Shown: positions 1 through 11,894 of the stretch, one piece after another
How the letters are laid out: each line of letters begins with the position of its first letter
Position numbering within the stretch: the stretch's first letter is position 1
Assembly (NCBI GenBank): GCA_002633005.1
Contig: NMRA01000604.1
Span: 3,876-51,780, forward strand
Direction: 5' to 3'
Source of the DNA: Phoronis australis
Lineage: Eukaryota; Animalia; Phoronida
Length of the DNA: 47,905 nt
Notes under the pieces: generated by a model
What the model saw: only the letters and a program-made list of their open reading frames with translations
Databases searched by the model: none
Told to the model about the DNA's origin: nothing
Made by a program: the position numbers and the translations under genes

Positions 1-1754
1 AACTGTATTTGTCGGCACTGCCCATTGAGTGCATCTATTAGAACAACGGGAAGTAAATACGCGAAGCCTCTTGTCACGTGACTTTTGTATTTCCCGCCAA
101 TGAGATTCAACTGGATATTGAGGCAAGAGAGACGTGCGATTACTACTGCGATATACGAAACCTTGCTGCTACTACTACTACTACTACTACGAGATCTATG
201 TAATACATTGTGTGGAGTGCCTGAACAAGTGAGAATGCCTGTCATAGATTACCTTAACAGCTTCTGTGGATCCATCACCATGTAAGTACTCTGCTTTTAT
301 AACATGTGTTAAGTCGACGTTATGTTTTTTCGAAAAGGGTTGTCAGGCAAACACGATAATTGACAACAAAAAGCATAATGACGCAGGCCATATGCTTGGG
401 GGTATTTGGGGTGTGACCCTCAACAAATGTCTATTTAGATGAGTAAAAATAAAAAGTTGGGTAAGGATGGAAAATGCTGAGCAAAGATGCCATTCAAGTG
501 AAGTGTGTGATTGCATTTTGACTCTATGTGTTTGTGATAAATTTGCTTTTCTCTTAAATTGCGGATTTTCTTATTATTAATAAGTTTTGTTGTCAACTGC
601 TTCGGTAATAAATCAAGATCGGATGAGCCTTTAAACGTTGGCGTTAGCTTTAAGATATAACGTTGTTAGTTGTCACTGAGTTGTTGAAACGGCAGTTCTC
701 TTTCAAAATATTTACTAGCTTGAGATCTTGAAAAATGCCAACGGTTTCCATATTTTGATAGGGCTTCATAACAAAACGTGAATCAACATAGTAGTTTTCA
801 AGTGTTAGTTTTTTTGCCGCCGTAATGGAATCCATCGTGGAAATTTATTGAAAGCCATGCCTGGAATACATCGTTCGTGAGCATTCTCGAGCTTTAAGTA
901 GTCCTTTCTGACTAAAGTGTAAACGAGACATGACGACTGTTGGACCACGTCAGTGCTAAAGGAAGAATTAATCCGGGGTTCTCAAGTCCAAAATTCATGA
1001 AATACTCGGAAAAAGAGCAGAAAATGAAGTCTTTTTTGTAGAGTATAAAATTAATCAATTCAACAATAAAGTAAAGCTACTGATACTACATTTCCACGAT
1101 TTAAATTAAGGCGAAAAAGGCCACACAGAACAAAACTTGAACGAACAAAATGTTTAAATACAACACGTCACGACGATAACTTATAATTTTGATCATTATT
1201 TCTCTGGTATAATCGTATGAATGGGATGCTGATAGCAGTAAATGTCGGTGAAAATTTCTGATAACGCCGTAGACAATTTTTGTTTTCGCTGAAACACGAT
1301 CAGCAACCTAAACATCTCAAAATGTCGTTGTTTGGAACCAATTGTTGTTTTTTTTTATAGTTTCTTCTACCTTTTCGCATAACTACTCCAATACAATATA
1401 TTTCAAATTGTTAGGAAAAGCACACAGGGTAATTTTAGTCTAGTAAAGAGCACAGACTACTGCGTCCCTCGTACCTCCACGTGGCTGGCGCTTTTCATTT
1501 ACCCATCTTACCTGAGATTTGTATTTTTTACCTTACTTATGTTTAGTCACTACCTGTTACTGGTAATTGTATTAGTCATATAACTGACCTTATATCGCCC
1601 ACCCCGGTCTTGGTTTCATCTCTGGTAACGAGCTTGCGACGCACGAACTATTATATATCCTTCGGACATATGTCGATCATAAATATATTTATTCGCACAT
1701 GTACAATTTTGGAAGTAACATGTTCATTAAGAGTGTGTGGGTGTATGAATGGTA
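1..1754. repeat. Left arm of a long inverted repeat (pairs with 7039-8199); probably continues beyond the window start
   Basis: 1-1026 is the reverse complement of 7197-8199, and 1597-1754 is the reverse complement of 7039-7197, with scattered substitutions and indels. 1027-1596 has no partner in the right arm. Confidence 0.95.
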
Positions 1755-4700
1755 TGTGAAGGTTCTACCTTTTCCATACTAGATAGTTATTAGTTTGCAT
1801 TTGATGTTATTTTCTTTCGTTTGGGAAATAAAATATTTACTTATTAAAAAATAAAAAATGATAAAACAGTAGCACACTGAAACGCTTAGAATCTCTTCGA
1901 GTTTTACATCACCCCAACGATAAGCAGTTATCGAAACCGGCGGAAACTGAGAACTCAGACCCATGCGGGACTTCAGTCGGCCAATCTCTCTATAAACCGC
2001 TGGGCACGGATATCACCACACTTAAATTCATTACTGATTTTCGACTCATTGTATTAGATTTTTTTTTCTAGAAGCCCCGCTATCGTTTTATTTGGACAAA
2101 ATGAGATATAGCTCATTGTTTGGACCTAAAACCTTCCACACAGAGGTAAAGTTCACTAACGTTAGGACCTCACTAAAAAGCAAGACTTCGTGAGATTACG
2201 TGAGATATTGTCATGTATTTTAAATACAACACCCGATTTTGGCTAGATTTTAGCTACGTATTAGCGTGGGCCTTAGCTTTATTGAACTTGGCCGCCGGGT
2301 GGCGCGTTGAACGATTTTCAAAAAATATGGAGCGGCGAATAAACAGGGACCACAATTTCAAAAATGTATCGAGTAATCACATAAAACATGTAAAAACAAA
2401 CCTTTGAGTAAATGGGTCCGGTTGTCCCGCCTGCCCTCCCGACTGTGACAGTATACGTTAAGGGGAGAAATAACAAAGATGTCAAGGTTTTATCGCAATT
2501 AATTCAGTGCTGTTTTCTAGCCTACCGCACACCGCCATTGAACAAGAACCTGGGCTTTCAACACTTTCAGTACGACTTCCAGACCGAACTAGGTTTTTTC
2601 TTATAATTGAGCACCAGCCCCTTTACGATCTACGGTTTGCTGATAGCAGCAACATATTGCCCGTACACAATAGTTAGTGCGACTGCTACGCGGCTTACGA
2701 TTAGTCGGTTCAGGCGTTGAATTGCACTGAGCTATGCATTCTGCACCTCAGTGCCCCAGTGACATGAATCACGCTTTGATTCTGGGCCAGGAAATTTTCC
2801 TATCTACTGACCGAGTCTGCTGCTTAGCGAAGACATGGAATTAGTCTCGAGTCCGGGAGTATCTTGGCAATGGGGTTATGAGCAAGCCAACACATACACG
2901 TGCTTCATAATCGTATTCCTACTCATAGTCCCAAATGTTACTAATCAGTCCGGATCTAATCAGCATCTCAACTGTTACAAATTATGTTTCTTGGCACACC
3001 AAGCATGAAATTTGAATACACTGCTGAATAGGCCTCACTGCCTCAAACTAACCAACCATGCAAATGAGTGTGCCAGCAAACTCTCAGTTGAAACTCAGAC
3101 CCCTGAAGTTGAAATAATTAAGAATTAGCGTTAAAATTATTCTTGATAAAATTTTAGCGGTACGAGCTTCAAAGCTAAAAAAGAAAGACCGACATGTTTT
3201 TCAAATTGAAAAGTAAATACTATTTGTCTTTGAATTGAAATCTAGTCACAAAAAGAGAAATTAATTCCCAAATAGATTTTCTTCAGCATCGCAGCTAACC
3301 CACGAGCTTTAATTTGTGAATCGATTATGACGGGTTTGAACAAAATGTGTATTTTTGGAGCTAAAATTTTTGGCACACTGGCACTCGCAAAGACACCGAC
3401 ACTTTTAGGAAAGTCTCATGTAACTGTAGCAATTAAATGTGGACATTATGCAAAGTGTGAACATTTGAATGGCAAGATTCGTAAATTTGGGCGGTTGGCA
3501 TTTGGCCGAACAAGCCTGTGAACCCTTCCGAGTATGGTTAACACGGCAAGTGTAAAAAGAACTCCCTGAACTTCATTTCATCTGTAATATGCACAGTTGA
3601 TGACAGGCAGGTGCCATTCCTTGATGAAGTCAATATGCCGGTAGTCGATGTGAGCAAGCGTACATATGACGCAGTCGATTGGCTGATGGTCGATGACAGG
3701 CGACGATTGTCACAAAGATCCGAACCTAACCAAAGAAAAACCAAGAATGATCGATTAACTACAAGTTCACAATTACCTTACTTCAAACCAATCGTTTTGT
3801 CTAGATTCACACCTAACGTTAATTATCTAAGTCAAAAAATTCTGTTTTAAATCATGATGAAGTTTTTGTGAAATCAGGTACCATACTTCCTGGTTGCAAT
3901 CCATTGTCCATATGAGAGGAATACCACATGTGTATACAGTCAAACCCAGAGCAAATTGGTACATTCGGAAAGAATAGATTGTCGTAACTTCAGTTGTAGT
4001 TGGGCGATTTTGGCAAATCAAAAACTAAACATGATCACCATTTGACGAGAATTTCAGAAATGCTATTGGTTTATGTTCGAATACGTTATAACTTAACTTT
4101 TATTTTAAACAGCACAGCCCAGTCAGGCTAGATATGATTTTACTGGAGATTAGAGCAATAACCGAACAAAAGAGAGCTGGCCCTCCGACCATAAATTTAT
4201 GCCAGAATGGAGTTAATCAGTCGTGTAAGATATTGGCTACAGGGGTGATCTTCCCAACTCGTTGTTTGGCTATGGAATCAAAAAAGTTGGGAGCAGCTGG
4301 AAAATGCCGTAACGTGTCACCAGCTTCCAATGAAAGTAAATTCCTAAAATTGATCTTCGTTCATTTTTAAAAAGCTATAATATCTGATGGTTAAAGCTAT
4401 TTCATAGATCTTAAAAATGGAAAGCATTGACTTGGTGCCTACCTATATATTAAAAAACCAATGAATAAAAAATAAAAATTCACTCACCAGACATATCGTG
4501 TTTCAAATAGCGAAATTTCACTGTATTCTTAATGGAAAATACAAATCAAAGACGGACAATGCTCACCAGTAGGCATCGCTCATTAAATGGCGTGATAAGC
4601 TTCTTCTTGGGCACAGGTGACGTGTCTCCAAGCAGGTGGTGAGTATATGACTCGGGCTCATCAGGATGACAGTTCACAGATAGCGAAGAAACCGTTTTCC

Positions 4701-5044
4701 TAGCGTACGTAGACAGGTCGAATGCACTCGGCAGGCGGTCGAGCTGGTGGAATACAGGAATGTTAGTGAATGTGTGCCATGAACCGGCCAAATGCAATAA
4801 GATCTTGCTTACCTGTGAGCGTTGTCGGTAAACAATATAACAGAGAAGACGTTTAAGGGATGGGTTGTGTTGTTCATTTAACCTAAACAACACTAAAGCA
4901 GTGAACAAATACCTAAAGAGTTTTTAGGTCAACATATTTAATTGGTATGTTCATGTATCTTACAGGCTGACGGTCAATTACAAGTGGTATTGGTTCGCAT
5001 GGTCGGTCGACTAAGAGGGCACCATCCCGAAAAGAACCTACGGA

Positions 5045-5137
5045 AAAGTTCATCTATTAACAGCAAAATTTGCAGTGGGGTACCCTTCAGCAATAAAGTT
5101 CATCCATTAACAGCAAATTCACAATGAGGTACCTTCA
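5045..5137. repeat. Two-copy ~50-bp tandem duplication
   Basis: AAAGTTCATC(T/C)ATTAACAGCAAA...GGTACC occurs twice in tandem. Confidence 0.8.
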
Positions 5138-5308
5138 TAAATTTTGCTCGCATGTGGGCGATACGACCAAGTCGGAGTTGGTGTCAGTGAGCACTAACTA
5201 TAACATGGCTCAAATCAACTATGGATTCAATTGCGAACTGTACGAATAAAGGCAATAAATAATTACCATTACACCCCAACATGTTAATGGTGGAAAGTAG
5301 TTCACTCA

Positions 5309-5348
5309 CATGGGCGGCCCCCCAGCACCCTCTGGTGCGCCGCCCATG
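5309..5348. mobile_element. 40-bp micro-MITE with 10-bp TIRs
   Basis: CATGGGCGGC ... GCCGCCCATG, flanked by ACTCA/ACTCG (near-perfect 5-bp TSD). Confidence 0.5.
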
Positions 5349-5829
5349 ACTCGCTATTAATTGCTGTGCAATGAATTAGGAGAATTAAACAGGAAAACTG
5401 AGTAGTTCACGCAACCAGTTTGTTGATACCATGTACAAAACACTAAGAGTAGTGACGTCAGTATAGTTACTGTGACAGAAAATGTCAATGGATCTCCACA
5501 CACATGAAGACACAGAGTGTTGAGATTTAAAGTGATATAGGTATGCATGTCTACTCCGTTAACAGTCTGTGTAAGATTATTATATTTGAGACCAGCAGTT
5601 TTCAATTTGGTGTTGGGTCAAATGCTTTAAAGACATAATTCACAAATATTGTAGTCTGTATTAAAGGAGAAGGCCACCCGATTTAATTAGTCTTTTTTGC
5701 CGTCTTAATCGGTCTATATCCACATCGCCTCGCATGCGGTCGACCTTACCTTGCCAAGAGGTGTCGCGTTAACTTGTGAGGAAGGTGAGAAACGACGCTA
5801 ACGACGTCAGCGGTTCATATGCAGAGTGA

Positions 5830-6026
5830 ATGCCGCTGTGTTGCGGTGCATAGTACCCGCTTGTCCGAACTAAGCAGCTAGGAGGAAAGCGGGTGTATCG
5901 TTTCTTTTTTTTACTTCCTCGAGAGTCCGAAATGCTTAGGAAGTGGCTCATGGTAGTGAAGAATGAAATAAACGTTGTAAATAGCAAGTATGAGGCCGTG
6001 AAACATCTCCGTGTCTGTGGCCTGCA
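5830..6026 (+). pseudogene. Decayed THAP (C2CH zinc finger) domain, transposase N-terminus
   Basis: Joining frames gives M...RCIVPACPN*..AGVSF..LPRESEMLRKWL...KHLRVCGL, matching THAP consensus CxVxxC...FP...W...RVCxxHF. It has frameshifts and a stop, and is truncated at the His. Confidence 0.75.
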
Positions 6027-6058
6027 GACGTCGCAGTGCCTGACGAATGCCGGCTTAC

Positions 6059-6228
6059 CAAATAATTCCATACGTTCCGTTGTCTGAGCTTGTTCAAGGC
6101 GCCTCTCTGGTATTTCTTCATCACTGTATTCCTGTTCGAATTGATAGCCTGTAAAACTTAACGATCCACCTGCGAAGTCGGGACTGATGAGCTCTAGCTC
6201 GTCCTAAGTCGGGATTGCGAGTTGCCAT
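6059..6228 (-). pseudogene. Decayed first exon of a KolX / P2X7-ballast(nanor)-like protein
   Basis: aacATGGC start, a frameshift, then DELELISPDFAGGSLSFTGYQFEQEYSDEEIPERRLEQ..., followed by a G|GTAAG donor. The YQFEPEYSDEE-type acidic motif is typical of these proteins' N-termini. Confidence 0.5.
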
Positions 6229-7038
6229 GTTGGCGTTTATTACTGAGCGTTCTGTTCCAAAATGTATTATTCTCATCCTAACCAATACTTATATAAAACT
6301 GAAACAACGTCTGTCTCATTAGATGCAATTTGTAATGCATTTGAAGTGTTCGTGAGTGCAAAAGATTTGAAAAGCCAACAGTGAATAAATCACCGCGTTG
6401 CCCTGCTTTAGGTGCAATAAAACCAATTGACGGGACACCTAGGCCGTGTGAGTTCATGCTAATTTCGTGTTTGCTGACAGACACTGTTGTGAAACAACTC
6501 GATTTCCATCCCACGGCCAGATGTTAGTGGAATCTTTATTTACATTTACTTTACTCAAATAATGATTGTCAGTGTTCAATTTTTGCCCTGACGATGCTGT
6601 GGCCAACTGCGGAACTGAATTCGCGGCCCCCGACGAGTAAATACTAGATTTGCAGTTTCGTGGCTAATTCACCAACATAATCAGGTGTACATTACTTTGG
6701 CTCACTAGTATAGTATTTTCATGGCTGGAAGTTTAGTTTCCACTGAACTTTGGCTGGTTTATGTTCGTGATGTCTGATCAGTTTCCGAGACACTGGCCTG
6801 CCGCGACGGGCATGATCGGGCTCCGAGCCACTGGTCAAGCTAAGAAGCGCTTTGTGTTTAGAACTCAAAAAATCGCAAGTCTAAACAACACAGATCTAGG
6901 TTGTCCTGTCTGTATCGTGTCCAAATACCAATAAATCCGTAACAGCGAAATAAAACAACACGTTTTTATAAGAACTCGGTGTATTTTTAAGGGTTTTATA
7001 TCGAAGTTTGATGATTTATTGGTGTTAAACGATGACTT

Positions 7039-8199
7039 TACCATTCATACAACCACACAGTCTTAATGAACATGTTACTTCCAAAATTGTACATGTGCCA
7101 ATAAATATATTTATGATCGACATATGTCCCGTATGATCTATAATAGTTCGTGCGTCGCAAGCTCGTTACCAGAGATGAAACCAAGACCGGGGTGGGCATT
7201 TTCTGCATTTTTGCCGAGTATTTCATGAGTTTTGGACTTGAGAGCCCCGGATTAAATCTTCCTTTAACACTGACGTGGTCCAACAGTCGTGATATCTCGT
7301 TTAAACTTTAGTCAGAAAGGACTACTTAAACCTCGAGAATGCTCACGGACGATGATATGTATTCTAGGCATGGTTTTTAATAAATTTCCATTACGGCGGC
7401 AAAAAAATAACACTTGAAAACTACTTTGTTCATGATTCACGTTTTGTGATGAAACCCTATCAAAATATGGAAACCATTGGCATTTTTTAAGAACTCGAGC
7501 TAGTAAATATTTTGAAAGAGAACTGCCGTTTCAACAACTCAGTGACAACTAACAACGTTACATCTTAAAGCTAACGTCAACGTTAAAAGGCTCATCCGAT
7601 CTTGATTTATTACCGAAGGAGTTGACAACAAAACTTATTAATAATAAGAAAATCTGCAATTTATCACAAACACATAAAGAGTCAGAATGCAATCAAACAT
7701 TTCTAAACTGTCTCACTTGAATGGCATCTTTGCTCAGCATTTTCCATCCTTACCCAACTTTTTATTTTTGCTCATCTAAATGGACATTTGTTGAGGGTCC
7801 CACCCCAAATACCCCCAAGCATATGGCCTGCGTCGTTATGCTTTTTGTTGTCAATTATGGTGTTTGCATGACAACCATTTTCGAAAAAACATAACGTCGA
7901 CTTAACACATGTTATAAAAGCAGAGTACTTACTAGGTGATGGATCCACAGAAGCTGTTAAGGTAATCTATGACAGGCATTCTCACTTGTTCAGGCACTCC
8001 ACACAATATCTTAAATAGATCTCGTGGTAGTAGTAGTTATTAGTAATAAGGTTTCGTATATCGCACGTCTCTCTTGCCTCAATGTCCAGTTGAATCTAAC
8101 TGGCGGGAAATACAAAAGTCACGTGACAAGAGACTTGGCGTATTTACTCCCCGTTGTTCTATTAGATGCACTCAATGGACAGCGCCGACAAATACAGTT
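7039..8199. repeat. Right arm of the long inverted repeat
   Basis: For example, AAATACAGTT ending at 8199 is the reverse complement of bases 1-10. The match is continuous inward to about 7039. Confidence 0.95.
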
Positions 8200-8829
8200 A
8201 GGCCACGCCCACTACAGTTACCTGTTGCGAAGTCCCGCTGAGCTCAAACCAAATATGGAATTAGGTCCCCAGCATACGAACTACCTGAACAGCTTCTTTT
8301 CAATGGAGTTCCTAATGTGGCGCCAAAGTGTCACAAAAGGCCTTATGGGGAAGAGGGGAATAATTAATTGAGCCCATTCATACATATGTAGATGACTTAC
8401 AAAGTCACATCAACTGTGAGCTTTATTCGTGTGTCAGATCGCTTCTGGGTGCTGCGGTTATTTACATAGCACAAGTATAATTGCATAAGGCGGGTTGAGG
8501 GGGGGGGGCAGTAGTAGCTCAGAGTGAAAACGTTGGGCAAGGAAAGAAAATGGTGGGCAAAGAAATTTATTCAAATTGTGGAGCATTTCAGAAGTGAAAA
8601 AAGTGTCCCGTGAGGACTCACTCACGGATCAATTTGTCTAGCACGCTTTAACTGTGGGGTTTCTTTATTCCTATGCTAAAATTGTTTCGACTTAAGCTTT
8701 CACGTTCCAAAAATTTGCCCACAAACTTGCAGACTCAGAAATCTCGACACCTAGCGTTGTAAATTACATCTTGGGTTCCGTACAAACCCGAATCTCGTTT
8801 TTGCGGCATTTCTTCAGTTTAGCAGGACT

Positions 8830-9070
8830 GGAAGGGGGGGGGAGGNNNNNNNNNNNNNNNNNNNNNNNNNNNNNNNNNNGTGTGGTGGAGGCCGGGTTAG
8901 CGATTGCGAGGGGACCAGGGGAGATAGTGGTGGTGGGATAGCGACTGGAGGAGGGTTGCGACTGGGGGGGATCGGGGGATGGGGGAGGCGATTGGAAGGG
9001 GGTGGGTTGGTGACTGGAGGGGACCCGACCGGGAGTGGTGGTTTTGGCGACTGGAGGAGCGGTGGCGACT
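8830..9070 (+). repeat. G-rich degenerate repeat (GCGA(C/T)TGG.GG units) containing an assembly gap (8846-8879)
   Basis: Recurrent GCGACTGGAGG-like motif and many G-runs. Confidence 0.75.
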
Positions 9071-11483
9071 CATGTGAGAGTGTTGTCGTTGTTGGATAGT
9101 TTACCTACAATCCATTGTGAATATGACGTGCTCTCAGTGCAACCCGGGGGGCACGCAATATAAAGTGGGAACTATAGGGTCGATGAAAATATACCATTTT
9201 CACGATCTTTGGTATAAGGACACTAGTTTTTTACAATTTTAATTGTTATACATATGATCCGCTTTACATCCGGCAGCCGCGTGTCTCTAGAACGCAATTT
9301 CAATCCACTAAGGTAACTTTTCCTCCCGCTGTCTGTCGAATACAGCTTTAAGCGCCTTTCTTTGATAGATAGCTCTTTACTTACGGGTGTACTGACTCCA
9401 AATGCGTAAGTCGCCACTTCCGGTGAGCCCTAATAAGTTAATTGTCTCGCTTTGGTAGTTTTCAGGTCATTGGTCATGAGAATATGACTTCCCAAACTAT
9501 AGCCCTAATAAAGTAACAGCAGTGGACGGATGAAAGTTGAAAAATTGGGGGAGTCCCATTTAAAACTGACAATCTTGCTAAGTGCAGGGTTACGAAAAAT
9601 TTCGTGACACGCCGAACGAAAGAATATGTAAAAGTGTTTTAAAACTTTGCAAACTCTCTTAGGCTACCGCTACTCTTAAAATTCTGCTGGTTTCTGGTTC
9701 CTGTCGCCCGACCCTCACTGCTTTGAGACGTGTAGGTCGATGGGTAAAATATTCAGTTTTCCGTTGCTGAGGAGCGTTCATTTTTGTTCTAGTTAATAGA
9801 AAATATTCGCTAGAACAAAAATGACATGGGCAAAACTTCTTGGCGAATTTCCAGAAGGTTTTGCCCATGTCATAAATGTGAGACTAGTGTACGAGTATTT
9901 GTTTTCTCATATGAACCGTCAAAACGGTCTTTTTGTCGAAAAAATCGACGTGTGTAAAAGCTTTCAACCACACGACGCAACTTTTGTAAAAACACTCTTG
10001 CGCAACATAAAGTAATTCAGTTACTTTTTGCTAATAGTTTTATTTTTAGCTTAACAACTGTAAATTGCTTTCACCTTTTGTAGCAAATATTCAAGTTAAA
10101 ATATATTAAATAGTCTTTGAAGTTGTAATATTGGAAGTTAAAAAATGCTAATAAATTCCAGTGAGCAAGGCTTCCACATGCGTGAGCACTTGAGACAGCA
10201 CAGCTAGACAGTCTCACCGCGTTTCTTGATTTGGGGCTCGTCTCCATTTGAATTAATGTGGTCATGGAATTCGCCGCCCAAGATGGGTCCTGGCATTGGT
10301 TTGCGCGCGTTTGGTTGTTTTAGTGTATTGCAAATGATAAAATGTAATGCGTATGGATTTCTAATGAATTTGCGCTATATTGTGATTCGCCCATGTCATA
10401 TCCAAAAAAATTACGTAGGGCCTACTCGGTGTTATTAACCAGTCGTGTCGTAACACATTCCAGGTCATGGGAAAAAATAATTATTTTCTCAGATATCCAA
10501 TAAACTTTATTGAGTCGCGTACATATTTTGCAGGCGGTTCGCTGGAGGGAAACAAAATTAGTAGCCTTACCCTCTCAACAGTGAAAAATACATGTTGGCC
10601 TAGTTTGTTTTGCTTTGAGATAATTGTTGCATCAGTGGTATTTGAATAGGGACCCGCGCTTCAACATATGCTGCGGGCCCAGCAATTCCTTAATCTGGCC
10701 CTGCCCATGGGTGCACTTTTGAGAAGGCGCAGATACAGAAATTCCCGGTATCTATGCTTCACTTGGTAGAAGGGTAACCAACGTTGTCCCAGGTCTACGC
10801 AATTGCAATAGCCATCTCTTCCTGCACTTCAAAGTCATCATCCTTCTCTTGCCTGATGAGAGTCAAATCTCTTCGATGGACAATGAGTCAGGACAGACTT
10901 GGCATCTCCATTCGCTGTAGAGCGAGGTATAGAAGAGGTAGATCGCCTGCCGAATTAAAGGTTTCAGTTCAGGTTGGTGGGGACTACAAAATCTCAAATG
11001 CGTAAATATGTGGTCGATCGCCAAGTTTATGGGTGATTATGAACGCCAGTCCAGATTCAGACTATAACTCGGATTTCAACGTTTGTAAATGAAGGGGGGT
11101 GGGTCTCATCAGTGCCGGGAAAATTCACCCCAGCTCCCTGGGGCAGATTCCAGCAGGATTTTTAGTTACGCACTTGAAAACGTACTCTTAATCATATCAC
11201 GTGCCTCCAAAAGATCTTGGACAAATTGTAATGCACTGATTTTCCAGATCAAATGATCTGAGAAAACTTGTTATGCAATAATCAAATTCAAGTTCATACA
11301 GATGATTTTTAGGGAGCTAGTCAAGACTGAAGCCTGTTGCCTCCACTAGTCAGTCAGTAACAAGCTACACTGGTCGCCACGCGCGTGGAGCTCAGCAGCC
11401 AGCTCAGCTGAGCAAGTATTGGCTGATTTAGACATACCATACATGGACAACTTATAAATGATCGTATCGACAAAAACGTCTCC

Positions 11484-11596
11484 GTAAACAAGGTAACGAG
11501 ATTGTGCAACTACACGGACCGTGTGCACCATGTCCTTATAAGGTATTATTGTCGCCAGTAGGATCGCGCTCATAGGTTAGAAATGACCTTTGACCT
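11484..11596 (+). promoter_or_regulatory. Putative FBXO32-like proximal promoter motifs: FoxO site and nuclear-receptor DR1
   Basis: GTAAACAA at 11484-11491 and TGACCTTTGACCT at 11584-11596, 120-230 bp upstream of the ATG. Motif match only. Confidence 0.3.
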
Positions 11597-11712
11597 TAGC
11601 CACCATAATAACTTGAGTGTGGACGAGTTTCGTCGTCACTTCTGTGCTGTTGAATTTTAAGACCTGAACACGGTGTTAGAGCCCAGGTTTGACAGCATTA
11701 GATTATATCGAA

Positions 11713-11894
11713 ATGTCTCGGTTTTATTCCTCAAATCTCTTAGAATTAGGTGGGGAAGCGTGGGTAAAAACCTCCGGCGGATGGCGCCCCGCTTATCTGT
11801 GTTCGAGCATTGAACTTTTGGAAAGCACCAACAAACTTGAAAAAAAGGAGACTGGGAACTGGGAAAAGGATCGCCGTTTCACAACTCGAAATAG
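11713..11894 (+). CDS. FBXO32: FBXO32-like coding exon 1
   Basis: MSRFYSS..GGEAWVKTSGGWR..; AG|GTAATG donor. Confidence 0.85.

Larger units (their letters stand above)
5661..6411. mobile_element. Internally deleted, non-autonomous Kolobok-like DNA transposon
   Basis: Left end TTAA|AGGAGAAGGCCACCC at 5661. A decayed THAP ORF (+) and a decayed KolX-like ORF (-) converge at about 6030. The right end is uncertain (candidate ...GCCCTGCT|TTAG at 6400-6411). Confidence 0.6.
956..7267. mobile_element. Kolobok-like transposon ends (TTAA|AGG...CCT|TTAA) embedded in the inverted-repeat arms
   Basis: CTAA|AGGAAGAATTAATCCGGGG at 956 and CCCCGGATTAAATCTTCCT|TTAA ending at 7267. TTAA target plus RR..YY termini is the Kolobok/T2-MITE pattern. 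Confidence 0.45.

Noticed and set aside
4567-4743. Faint resemblance of LSTYARK..HPDEPESY to a telomerase TEN domain
   Set aside because: Too few identities and no other TERT motifs nearby.
9660-10569. Element bounded by TAGGCTAC / GTAGCCTT
   Set aside because: TIR only about 7 bp with no convincing TSD; may be ends of unrelated repeats.
10780-10950. Coding-like minus-strand stretch (..RQEKDDDFEVQEEMAIAIA*)
   Set aside because: Stops in all frames and no recognisable family.
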